Origin: Porphyromonadaceae bacterium | GTDB lineage: Bacteria > Bacteroidota > Bacteroidia > Bacteroidales > UBA11471 | Length of the DNA: 55,125 nucleotides | Direction of reading: 5' to 3' | Assembly: GCA_021199145.1 (NCBI GenBank) | Contig: JAJQIP010000021.1 | Location: forward strand, 1 to 55,125 | Shown: piece after piece, positions 47,123 to 55,125 of the stretch | Layout: every line of letters begins with the position of its first letter | How positions within the stretch are numbered: position 1 is the stretch's first letter | Position numbers and translations under genes: made by a program | The notes under the pieces: model-generated | The model's input: the letters and a program-made list of their open reading frames with translations, nothing else | Databases searched by the model: none | Told to the model about the DNA's origin: nothing

Positions 47123-47130
47123 CAAATATA
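47123..47130 (-). promoter_or_regulatory. -7 box TATATTTG for the ROK kinase gene
   Basis: The + strand reads CAAATATA, 29 nt upstream of the ATG at 47094. Confidence 0.5.
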
Positions 47131-47229
47131 TCAAAATATTCCCAAAAACAAAACTCCTTCGGCAAGAATCCTCCGCTCTCTCCCCGAAGGCAAAATCCTT
47201 TCAAAAGTTGGCGAATAGGAAAATTAACG

Positions 47230-47237
47230 TACCTTTG
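47230..47237 (+). promoter_or_regulatory. -7 box TACCTTTG for fabI
   Basis: Exact TAnnTTTG match 66 nt upstream of the ATG at 47303. Confidence 0.5.
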
Positions 47238-47302
47238 CAGCAATTAAATCGGCACAAAAAGGTTGGAAATGTGCCGATAAACCGACAAAACAGAAAAACA
47301 AA

Positions 47303-48162
47303 ATGAGCCATAATCTATTACAAGGGAAACGGGGCGTCTCTTCGGGGCGCTTAACGATATGTCCATCGCCTGGAAAGTAGCCGAGAAAGCTGTAGAAGAG
47401 GGAGCGACCATTACGTTGTCGAATACGCCTGTGGCTGTCCGGATGGGACAGGTTTCTGAATTGGGCGAAAAACTCCATGCCGAAATTATTCCTGCCGATG
47501 CCACCAGTGTAGAAGATCTCCAGACCGTTTTCACCCGTTCGGTGGAAATCCTGGATGGGAAAATAGACTTCGTACTGCACTCCATCGGCATGTCCCCCAA
47601 CGTCCGTAAAAAGCGGCCCTATGATGACCTCGACTACAGCCTGCTCGATAAAACGCTGGACATCTCGGCCGTCTCTTTCCACAAAATGTTGCAGACGGCC
47701 AAAAAACTAGATGCCATCAACGAATATGGTTCCATTGTCGCCCTTTCTTACGTGGCAGCCCAACGCACCCTCTTCGGATACAACGACATGGCCGATGCCA
47801 AAGCCCTCCTCGAATCCATCGCCAGGAGTTTCGGCTATATCTATGGCCGGGAAAAGAATGTGCGCATCAACACCATTTCACAATCCCCTACTATGACAAC
47901 CGCCGGCAGCGGTGTAAAAGGAATAAATTCCCTGATGGATTTCGCCAATCGCATGTCTCCCCTCGGGAATGCCAGTGCCGCCGAATGTGCCGACTACTGC
48001 ATCGTCATGTTTTCTGACCTTACCCGCAAAGTGACTATGCAAAACCTTTTCCACGACGGAGGCTTTTCGAGTATGGGAATGAGTTTGCGTGCCATGGACC
48101 AATACAACAAGAGTTTCGATGAATACCGCAATCCCGAGACAGGAGAAATCATTTACGGATAA
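47303..48162 (+). CDS. fabI: enoyl-ACP reductase FabI, with an apparent 1-nt frameshift near 47339 (the intact ORF only runs from 47359)
   Basis: The ATG at 47303 encodes MSHNLLQGKRGV. The +1-shifted frame then continues FGALNDMSIAWKVAEK..., joining the listed ORF. Together they rebuild a canonical FabI N-terminus. The body carries HSIGMSPN and the SDR core. Confidence 0.85.
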
Positions 48163-48320
48163 GAATAAAGAGAAAAATTTGGGGCCGGAATTATCCGCAG
48201 CCGTTAAACTTTCTTTTCTTGCGGCTATCTAAGTTAAGGAATAGGTCTTTACAAGGGAGAAATGCCGGTTTTTCTTTTTACCTTTAGCCGCTTCAAACCA
48301 ACGGAATAGAAACAAGAAAT

Positions 48321-48875
48321 ATGTCGCCCGAATACGATGAAGAATCCATAGTTGCCCAGTTGCAAGACCCGCAACGTTGCCGGGAGGCATTCGCCCTCGT
48401 TGTCAAGCATTACAGCCAGTCCCTCTATTGGCAAATCCGTAAAATGGTCATATCGCATGACGATGCGGACGATCTCTTGCAAAACACCTTCCTGAAAGCG
48501 TGGTCGAACATCGCCTATTTCCGGGGGGATGCCCGGCTTTCTACCTGGCTCTACCGTATTGCGGTGAACGAGACCCTGACCTTCTTGACCAAACAACGTC
48601 AACAAAACAACATTCCTCTCGACGGGGAAGATTCATTTCTCGTTGACCGGCTTGAAAGTGATGAATGGTTTGACGGAGACGAAGCACAACGGAAGTTGCA
48701 GAAAGCCATTTTACAGCTTCCCGAAAAACAGCGGCTCATCTTCAATATGCACTACTTCGATGAGATGAAATATGAAGATATTTCCCAAGTGTTGGGGACT
48801 TCTGTAGGGGCTTTAAAAGCCTCTTATCATCATGCCGTCAAAAAAATAGAAAAATTTTTAACATCTGTCCATTAA
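48321..48875 (+). CDS. ECF-type RNA polymerase sigma-70 family factor
   Basis: Region 2 (DADDLLQNTFLKAW...WLYRIAVNE) and region 4 HTH (MKYEDISQVLGTSVGALKASYHHAVKKI); 184 aa. Confidence 0.9.
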   Translation: MSPEYDEESIVAQLQDPQRCREAFALVVKHYSQSLYWQIRKMVISHDDADDLLQNTFLKAWSNIAYFRGDARLSTWLYRIAVNETLTFLTKQRQQNNIPLDGEDSFLVDRLESDEWFDGDEAQRKLQKAILQLPEKQRLIFNMHYFDEMKYEDISQVLGTSVGALKASYHHAVKKIEKFLTSVH

Positions 48876-48922
48876 ACCTTATTACAGTTGATAATGTCTA
48901 ATTTTAAGTAGAAACAATAAAT

Positions 48923-49282
48923 ATGGGAACAAAAAAGGATTTTTTGAAGGAGATTGACCGGCGGCATGGATTCACTGCGCCGAGCGAAGACTACTTTGAG
49001 CAATTTGCTTCCCGTATGATGGGACAACTGCCTGAAGTGGAACTGCTGCACGTACATGTGTCCACACTCTGGACACGCATCCAGCCGTGGATATACATGG
49101 CCGCCATGTTTGTCGGCATTGCCTTGATGGTACGCATTTTCTCTCCGACCCGGAAATCCAACGAGAAGGATATCCTTGCCGAGGAACAATACAGTACTGA
49201 ATACTACGACGAACTTATCTGGACATCGTGTGTCAACGACTACAATATGTATGAATATTTGGCCGATGCCTATGAATATTAA
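48923..49282 (+). CDS. hypothetical single-pass membrane protein (possible anti-sigma partner)
   Basis: 119 aa with one TM helix (WIYMAAMFVGIALMVRIF). Its position directly after the ECF sigma gene is the only functional hint. Confidence 0.5.
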   Translation: MGTKKDFLKEIDRRHGFTAPSEDYFEQFASRMMGQLPEVELLHVHVSTLWTRIQPWIYMAAMFVGIALMVRIFSPTRKSNEKDILAEEQYSTEYYDELIWTSCVNDYNMYEYLADAYEY

Positions 49283-49300
49283 TTCATAAATACAGGGAGT

Positions 49301-49930
49301 ATGCGTAATCTTATCTTTTCCATCCTATTCCTTTGCGGGTTGGCAATACTTCCCACGGAGATAAGGGCTCAAGAAAAATTATTGACCCTGCCCGAAGCTG
49401 AGACACAGCTCAGAGAGGCCGAAAGAAACTACGCCATCGCCAAAGACGCTTATAAAAATGCCTCAAAAGCCGACCAAGACACTACCCGCAAAATCATGCG
49501 GGCAGCAAGCCGGGAAGTGGGCCGTTGCCGTATGGAGATATTCAAAATCCACAAACGGAACTACTTGTGCGAAAAGGCCGGACTGACCGAGAAAGAAGCC
49601 ACAGCCTTTTTCCCGGTATACGAAGAGATGCAACACCAGCTCTTCCACCTCCAGGATGAGTCACAACATGCCATCAAAAGACTGACAAAACCCCAAAAGA
49701 CCTTTTCAGAAAAGGACTATCGGGATGCTGTAACCAAGAAAATCGAAGCGGGAATACAAATAGCACAACTGCAAAAAGAGTATTTTGAACGGTTTATGAC
49801 TATCCTACCCGCCCAAAAAGTGGTCTTGCTATTTGATGCCGAAGCCCGATTCTCCCAAGAGATGATGCGGCATGAATCCCAAAAAGGAGGTGAAACTCCT
49901 GCTCCCCAACCGGGACCTCCTGTTCGATAA
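49301..49930 (+). CDS. hypothetical secreted helical protein
   Basis: Signal peptide MRNLIFSILFLCGLAILPTEIRAQ, then a charged helical body and a Pro-rich end. Third gene of the sigma cluster. Confidence 0.55.
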   Translation: MRNLIFSILFLCGLAILPTEIRAQEKLLTLPEAETQLREAERNYAIAKDAYKNASKADQDTTRKIMRAASREVGRCRMEIFKIHKRNYLCEKAGLTEKEATAFFPVYEEMQHQLFHLQDESQHAIKRLTKPQKTFSEKDYRDAVTKKIEAGIQIAQLQKEYFERFMTILPAQKVVLLFDAEARFSQEMMRHESQKGGETPAPQPGPPVR

Positions 49931-49991
49931 AAAAAATTCCCCCCCCCGCTGTTAAAGACAAGTTTGCGGAATCTTCCGTCGTTTCATAGAT

Positions 49992-50024
49992 AAAGGGTTT
50001 GTAGGAAATTTCTACAAACCCTTT
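49992..50024. terminator. bidirectional terminator hairpin between convergent genes
   Basis: 13-bp perfect stem AAAGGGTTTGTAG/CTACAAACCCTTT with a 7-nt loop. It abuts the GNAT stop codon. Confidence 0.65.
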
Positions 50025-50568
50025 ACTCGTTATTCGGATTACAGCGTTGCCATTCGATGATATTTCCGAAACCCTTTTCCAGGCGAATCCACTCTTTGAG
50101 AAGTCCGCACCGTTCGAATCCGACTTGTTCAAAAAGGCGTAGACTGGCCACATTCCTCTCGGCTACTTGGGCGTACAGTTGGTGCAAGTGCAAAAAATCA
50201 AAAGCATAGCGGCATAGGAGTGTCAGTGCTTCGCTGCCAAACCCTTGCCTACGATACGGTATATCGACATAAACGCCTACCGCTGCACGTTGGTGATGAG
50301 GGTCAAAATCGTACAGGTCAATCATTCCTACCTCCTCCCCACTCTTCTGAGATACCATCATAAGCCGCATTTGCCGCATTTGGAAAATATCCTGCTTGAG
50401 ACTCTCTTCGATATAGACCCGCACCGCATATCGGGAATAGGGAGCCAAGACACAGCCGTCTCCCCACACCGCCGCCTCATTTTCCCAACGATATATCAAG
50501 GAGAGATCTTCCGGTTCGATCGCCCGTAAGCGTAAACAAGTACTGGACAAAAACGTCATAAAAATCAT
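50023..50568 (-). CDS. GNAT-family N-acetyltransferase (RimJ/RimL-like)
   Basis: LRLRAIEPEDLSLIYRWEN start and the acetyl-CoA loop YRRQGFGSEAL. The start could be 50559. Confidence 0.85.
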   Translation of the reverse strand: MIFMTFLSSTCLRLRAIEPEDLSLIYRWENEAAVWGDGCVLAPYSRYAVRVYIEESLKQDIFQMRQMRLMMVSQKSGEEVGMIDLYDFDPHHQRAAVGVYVDIPYRRQGFGSEALTLLCRYAFDFLHLHQLYAQVAERNVASLRLFEQVGFERCGLLKEWIRLEKGFGNIIEWQRCNPNNE

Positions 50569-50663
50569 TTAGACTATTACCTCCTTTCATCCCCTTCATT
50601 AGAAACTTGTACAGCACACAACCGTAGGATAAAAGCAGAAAGATTGTTGAAAATTCTATAAGG

Positions 50664-51290
50664 TCAACTGCGAAATGTCTCGTCAAAAGGCAGACGATTG
50701 AGAATAGAGCGCCCCAACGTCACCTCGTCGGTATATTCAAGTTCGTCCCCGATAGAAACCCCTCGGGCAAGAATCGAAACCTTCACCCCATAAGGAGCCA
50801 ATTTGCGAAAGATGTAGAAATTGGTCGTATCCCCCTCCATTGTAGGGCTTAGCGCCAAAATCACCTCTTTTATTCCGCCGCCGGCTACACGCCCAACAAG
50901 ACTCTCTATCTCAATATCCGACGGACCGATACCGTCCATCGGGGAGATAATGCCTCCCAATACATGATACAATCCCCTGTACTGACGTGTATTCTCAATA
51001 ACCATCACCTCTTTGATATTCTCCACCACACAAATCGTCGTATCATCCCGTGAAGGGTCGGAACAGAGAGGGCATATCTCCGAATCGGAAATATTGTGAC
51101 ACACCTTGCAATAGTGTACCTCCCGCCGTAACCGGATGATGGCATTCCCAAAGGCCTCGGAGACTGACTCCTCCTGCCGCAACAAATGCAAAACCAACCG
51201 CAAGGCGGTCTTGCGGCCGATACCGGGAAGTTTGGCGAATTCGTTCACGGCATTTTCGAGCAAAGGGGATGCAAAAGGCTGAAAATCCAT
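50664..51290 (-). CDS. recR: recombination protein RecR
   Basis: HhH ([12 protein letters not shown]), C4 zinc finger ([16 protein letters not shown]) and a Toprim domain; 208 aa. Confidence 0.95.
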   Translation of the reverse strand: MDFQPFASPLLENAVNEFAKLPGIGRKTALRLVLHLLRQEESVSEAFGNAIIRLRREVHYCKVCHNISDSEICPLCSDPSRDDTTICVVENIKEVMVIENTRQYRGLYHVLGGIISPMDGIGPSDIEIESLVGRVAGGGIKEVILALSPTMEGDTTNFYIFRKLAPYGVKVSILARGVSIGDELEYTDEVTLGRSILNRLPFDETFRS

Positions 51291-51302
51291 TTTCCTCTAC
51301 TC

Positions 51303-53288
51303 CTACTGTTTCTCTTTAATAAAACCATTGCGGTAAGCCACCAGCAATTTCTTCAAATCATAAATCTGCCCCTCAAGCTCTTTTCCCTTGTCGGTATCCC
51401 GCACACGCATCCGCTGTTGACTGAGTTCGAGAAGGATATTGGTCGAGATGATGTCAATCCCGTCTTCGATGGCTTTCTGAGTCGATTCAAAAGGTTCGTG
51501 TTGAACTAGCTGCAACCCCCGTGAATGGAAAATGAGCGTATATCCCGCCGTGCCGGTCTCCGGTTGATACGCCTTGGAGAATCCCCCGTCGATAACCAGC
51601 ATCTTTCCTCCGGCCTTGACAGGATTCTCCCCCTTCAGCCGTTTCACGGGGACATGTCCATTGATGATATGTGCATTCGGGTCGGTAAGGCCGAATTCCT
51701 GAAGAATCATTTCACACACCGACTTTTCATTGAACAATGTATAGTAGGCGCTCTTCGTCTCCTTCCACAACTCTTTATCGTCTGTAAAGTAGCGTTCAAA
51801 GGTGGCCATCTTGTCTTTTCCGAACGACGGGGCGTCCTCCCCGCACCAAAGGTACCAGACATAGTCGAGGGCATACTTTTTCTCCGCACTCTCTTCGGCA
51901 AAATAGGCTATCCGAATCAACTGGTCAATTTTGTCAAGCAGCGCTTTTCCTTTATAGGGCTTTCCTTCAATGAGGACTTCCCGGAAAGAACCGTCATCAT
52001 TCAAGGGAATGGAAGCGTGATAAAGTAAATTATTGTTGCGGACCAAGTACATGCTGCCGTGGGAAAAGAGGCAACGCATATGCTTACGCAACTTCTCACT
52101 GTTGACAAAAGAAGTGTGTAACCGTCCCATCAACTCCTCCTCTTCCGGAGACAAGGCGAAAGGATGGACAGGGTCGACCGTCGGAAGATTTCTGTCCCGC
52201 AACGGATACTCCTTACCATCCAGTATCAGGACACCCCGCTCATAATCAATTTTATCGAGCAACAACCGGTCGTTCATGTTAAAGTCGGGATGGGCCAGAA
52301 TCATCTGTGATTCGAGTTTGAACTGTATCACCGCAATGGCCTTGTGCATCTGGGCCAACAAACGGCGGGTCTTCTCGTTGAATTCCCCTTCAAAACCTTT
52401 GGGGACAAAATAGGTACAGGGGTCGTCACTGTAATGTTCAATGGCGAAAGTCGCCAACGGCACCATGTTTATCCCATAGCCATCCTCCAAAGTGGAATGG
52501 TTGCCATACCGCATCGACAAACGTAGCACATTGGCGATACAACAGTCATTGCCGGCCGCCGCACCTATCCACAAAATGTCATGATTGCCCCACTGTATAT
52601 CCACATTATGGTAAGAGCAGAGCTTGTCCATAATGATTTCTGCTCCGGGTCCCCTGTCAAAAATATCTCCCACAATATGGAGGGTATCGATAACCAGCCG
52701 CTGTATCAGGTTGCAAATGGCACAAATACAGGCATCCGCACGTCCCGTAGAGATAATCGAAGAGATAATTCCATTGACATACGCCTGTTTATTCGGGTCT
52801 ATTTGCGACTCATGCAACAACTCCTGCAAAATATACGAAAACTCGGGAGGAAGGGCTTTCTGCACCTTCGAACGGGTATATTTGGAAGAGACATTCTGAC
52901 TCACACTGATGAGCTGGTGTATGGTAATCCGATACCAATCGGACATATCCCTTTCTGTCTTCTTGACCAGTGCGAGTTTCTGTTCGGGATAATAGATAAG
53001 GGTACACAACTCCTTCACCTCATTTTCGCGCAGAGTCTGTCCGAAAATCTCCTCGACTTTGCGGCGTACCGTCCCGGAAGCGTTTTTCAACACGTGGAGA
53101 AATGCCTCATACTCCCCGTGCAAATCAGTCAGGAAATGTTCCGTTCCCTTGGGCAAATTAAGAATGGCATCCAGATTGATAATCTCAATACAGGCATCCG
53201 ATATGGTCGGAAACTTCGTCGACAACAACTGCAAATAACGCAAATCATTGCGAACCAACTCTGGGGTAATAGGCGGCCTTTTTTCCAT
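51303..53288 (-). CDS. fbp: fructose-1,6-bisphosphatase class 3
   Basis: DLRYLQLLSTKFPTISDACIEIINL..LNLPKGTEHFLTDLHGEY and the metallophosphoesterase GDIFDRGP. The start is set at MEKRPP because a -7 box (53309-53316) and the divergent engB gene occupy the rest of the 851-aa ORF. Confidence 0.9.
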   Translation of the reverse strand: MEKRPPITPELVRNDLRYLQLLSTKFPTISDACIEIINLDAILNLPKGTEHFLTDLHGEYEAFLHVLKNASGTVRRKVEEIFGQTLRENEVKELCTLIYYPEQKLALVKKTERDMSDWYRITIHQLISVSQNVSSKYTRSKVQKALPPEFSYILQELLHESQIDPNKQAYVNGIISSIISTGRADACICAICNLIQRLVIDTLHIVGDIFDRGPGAEIIMDKLCSYHNVDIQWGNHDILWIGAAAGNDCCIANVLRLSMRYGNHSTLEDGYGINMVPLATFAIEHYSDDPCTYFVPKGFEGEFNEKTRRLLAQMHKAIAVIQFKLESQMILAHPDFNMNDRLLLDKIDYERGVLILDGKEYPLRDRNLPTVDPVHPFALSPEEEELMGRLHTSFVNSEKLRKHMRCLFSHGSMYLVRNNNLLYHASIPLNDDGSFREVLIEGKPYKGKALLDKIDQLIRIAYFAEESAEKKYALDYVWYLWCGEDAPSFGKDKMATFERYFTDDKELWKETKSAYYTLFNEKSVCEMILQEFGLTDPNAHIINGHVPVKRLKGENPVKAGGKMLVIDGGFSKAYQPETGTAGYTLIFHSRGLQLVQHEPFESTQKAIEDGIDIISTNILLELSQQRMRVRDTDKGKELEGQIYDLKKLLVAYRNGFIKEKQ

Positions 53289-53308
53289 CGTATCGCTATT
53301 TATAAAGT

Positions 53309-53316
53309 CAAAAATA
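53309..53316 (-). promoter_or_regulatory. -7 box TATTTTTG for fbp
   Basis: The + strand reads CAAAAATA, 21 nt upstream of the ATG at 53288. Confidence 0.5.
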
Positions 53317-53351
53317 GCACTTTTTTTTATACCCTCTACCAAGAAACTTCT

Positions 53352-53359
53352 TATATTTG
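53352..53359 (+). promoter_or_regulatory. -7 box TATATTTG for engB
   Basis: Exact TAnnTTTG match 30 nt upstream of the ATG at 53389. Confidence 0.5.
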
Positions 53360-53388
53360 TCATGTAGTTTTCTAAAAAGAGGACTTTT

Positions 53389-53988
53389 ATGGAGATCAAA
53401 GAAGCCCGATTCGTCATCAGCAATACTGAAATCGCCAAATGCCCGACAGGGAACCGTCCGGAATATGCTTTTATCGGTCGGTCAAATGTGGGGAAATCGT
53501 CGCTCATCAATATGCTGACAAACCGGAAAGGGTTGGCCAAAACCTCCGCTACCCCAGGAAAGACCCAACTCATCAACCATTTTGATATCGATGGCACATG
53601 GTATATCGTCGATTTGCCAGGATATGGATTTGCCCGCCGAGGGAAAGAGGGGCGGGAAAACATCCGGCACATCATCGAACAATATATTCTTGGTCGGGAA
53701 GCCATGACCTGTCTCTTTGTCCTCATAGACAGCCGGCATGAGCCGCAGAAAATTGACCTCGAATTCATTTCATGGTTAGGCGAAAACGGCATTCCTTTTG
53801 CCATCGTCTTTACCAAGGCCGATAAATTGGGGACAAACGCCCTGCAGCAGAACATCAACGACTATAAGGCCCGCCTACTCGAGGATTGGGAAGCATTACC
53901 ACCTGTTTTCGTCACCTCATCCACAACCCGGAAAGGAAGGGAAGAACTCCTCGACTACATAGGCACCCTCAATAAGACCCTCCAATAA
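53389..53988 (+). CDS. engB: ribosome-biogenesis GTPase YihA/YsxC (EngB)
   Basis: G1 [10 protein letters not shown]3 DLPGYG, G4 TKADK; 199 aa. Confidence 0.94.
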   Translation: MEIKEARFVISNTEIAKCPTGNRPEYAFIGRSNVGKSSLINMLTNRKGLAKTSATPGKTQLINHFDIDGTWYIVDLPGYGFARRGKEGRENIRHIIEQYILGREAMTCLFVLIDSRHEPQKIDLEFISWLGENGIPFAIVFTKADKLGTNALQQNINDYKARLLEDWEALPPVFVTSSTTRKGREELLDYIGTLNKTLQ

Positions 53989-54009
53989 ATAGACTTAACT
54001 TTATCCAAA

Positions 54010-54480
54010 ATGGACTCTTGGTTTGAATGTAAAATCAGATACGATAAAGAGGTAGAAAACGGATTGCAGAAAACCGTAACCGAATCCTATATGGTCGATG
54101 CCCTCTCTTTCACCGAAGCGGAATCGCGTATCATCGAAGAGATGCGTTCGTTTATCTCCGGTGAATTTTCCGTCTCCGACATCAAACGGGTGAAATTACG
54201 GGAACTCTTTTTCGACGAGAGCGGAGACAAATGGTACAAATGCAAAATCAACATCATCACCTTTGATGAGAAAAGCAGTGTCGAAAAACGGACAGGCTCC
54301 TATATAATGGTACAGGCGGCTGACTTCAAGACCGCCCTCGAGAACCTTCTGAAAGGGATGAAAGGCTCTATGGAAGATTACGAAATCGCCTCGATTAACG
54401 AAACACCCATTATGGACGTGTTCCCCTATGCTACGGATTCTTCCCCCAAGCCGGCCCGACAAGAATATGAACAACTGTAA
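54010..54480 (+). CDS. conserved hypothetical protein (possibly DUF4494 family)
   Basis: 156 aa. The WFECKIRYDKE... start resembles a small Bacteroidetes family as I recall it. No functional motif seen. Confidence 0.55.
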   Translation: MDSWFECKIRYDKEVENGLQKTVTESYMVDALSFTEAESRIIEEMRSFISGEFSVSDIKRVKLRELFFDESGDKWYKCKINIITFDEKSSVEKRTGSYIMVQAADFKTALENLLKGMKGSMEDYEIASINETPIMDVFPYATDSSPKPARQEYEQL

Positions 54481-54482
54481 AA

Positions 54483-55125
54483 ATGGACGCTATCCTTCAA
54501 AATCTGGCCACCATCCGATCGACACTCCCTACGGGGGTGACGTTGGTAGCGGTGTCGAAATTCCACCCGGCCGAGGCCATTCTGTCGGCCTACCGTGCAG
54601 GACAACGGATTTTCGGGGAAAGCCGGGTACAGGAGTTGGTTGCCAAACAGGCCATCCTGCCCAAGGATATCGAATGGCATTTTATCGGACATCTGCAAAC
54701 CAACAAAGTGAAGGGCATAACACCTTTCATCTCCTTGATACATAGCATCGATTCTCCACATTTGTTGGCGGAAGTCAATCGCTGTGCCGGACAAAACAAC
54801 CGCACGGTCGATTGCCTGTTGCAACTGCATATCGCCCGGGAAGAGAGCAAATTCGGCTTCTCGTTCGACGAGTGCCGGGACTACCTCTCCTCAGGAAACT
54901 GGCGGGACCTTTCCCACATACGGTTATGCGGTGTGATGGGCATTGCGAGCCTCACGGAAGAGGAAGCCGCCATTCGCCAAGAATTTTCTACGTTACAGGA
55001 CTTCTTTACCGAAATCAAAAGCCGCTATTTCCCTCAGGAAGACTCTTTCAAGGAAATCTCCATGGGAATGTCACACGACTACCGCTTGGCATTGGATTAC
55101 GGTACGACAATGGTGCGTATGGGAA
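54483..55125 (+). CDS. yggS: YggS-family pyridoxal-phosphate homeostasis protein (3' end outside window)
   Basis: Not in the ORF track because no stop is reached. My frame-3 translation is MDAILQNLATIRSTLPTGVTLVAVSKFHPAEAI...GESRVQE...WHFIGHLQTNKVK...SMGMSHDY...GTTMVRMG. Confidence 0.88.
   Translation, partial: MDAILQNLATIRSTLPTGVTLVAVSKFHPAEAILSAYRAGQRIFGESRVQELVAKQAILPKDIEWHFIGHLQTNKVKGITPFISLIHSIDSPHLLAEVNRCAGQNNRTVDCLLQLHIAREESKFGFSFDECRDYLSSGNWRDLSHIRLCGVMGIASLTEEEAAIRQEFSTLQDFFTEIKSRYFPQEDSFKEISMGMSHDYRLALDYGTTMVRMG

Noticed and set aside
53289-53858. A 190-aa N-terminal extension that makes the fbp ORF 851 aa long.
   Set aside because: The extension overlaps the divergent engB gene on the opposite strand and contains the fbp -7 box. 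Class 3 FBPase homology begins only near MEKRPPITPELVRNDLRYL.
1-55125. A search by eye for rRNA, tRNA, tmRNA, RNase P RNA, CRISPR repeats, integrases, transposases and IS inverted repeats.
   Set aside because: I found none. All intergenic regions longer than 150 nt (2454-2777, 12310-12508, 14429-14760, 19926-20149, 22748-22915, 28408-28566, 38462-38864, 47095-47302, 48163-48320) lack the conserved cores of these RNAs. No ORF shows DDE, tyrosine-recombinase or serine-recombinase motifs.

Overview
The window looks like a Bacteroidales chromosome segment. Evidence for that: many TAnnTTTG -7 promoter boxes placed 20-40 nt upstream of start codons, a T9SS C-terminal sorting domain, a BspA-type LRR protein, a class 3 FBPase, a Na+/H+-pyrophosphatase and fumarate reductase. 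Most of it is densely packed housekeeping genes: frdAB, a THUMP methyltransferase, DPP-IV, purD, secDF, nadB, metK plus an OAH sulfhydrylase, a YifB/ComM-like ATPase, recG, ispD, hppA, ubiE, purC, phoH, a ROK kinase, fabI, an ECF sigma operon, recR, fbp, engB and yggS. Two stretches look accessory. (1) About 28.4-32.5 kb holds a solitary DUF262+DUF1524 (GmrSD/BrxU-type) modification-dependent nuclease gene. It sits in a visibly more AT-rich patch, between a decayed N-terminal remnant of a BspA-like LRR gene and an intact LRR/T9SS surface-protein gene built of three tandem 468-bp modules. (2) About 38.5-43.2 kb holds a three-gene module behind a 335-bp AT-rich leader: a degenerate-REC + REC + PPDK_N protein, a coiled-coil protein, and an XRE-HTH/coiled-coil protein. 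I cannot assign it to any described system. Other points worth a second look are a SAM-II-like pseudoknot leader before metK, an apparent 1-nt frameshift at the 5' end of fabI, a TlpA-like lipoprotein whose CXXC motif reads DSLS, a 170-aa Arg/Glu-rich tail on the THUMP methyltransferase, and two HMA-less P1B ATPases with different upstream partners. I found no rRNA, tRNA, CRISPR array, integrase or transposase. All calls rest on reading motifs by eye; no database search was run.
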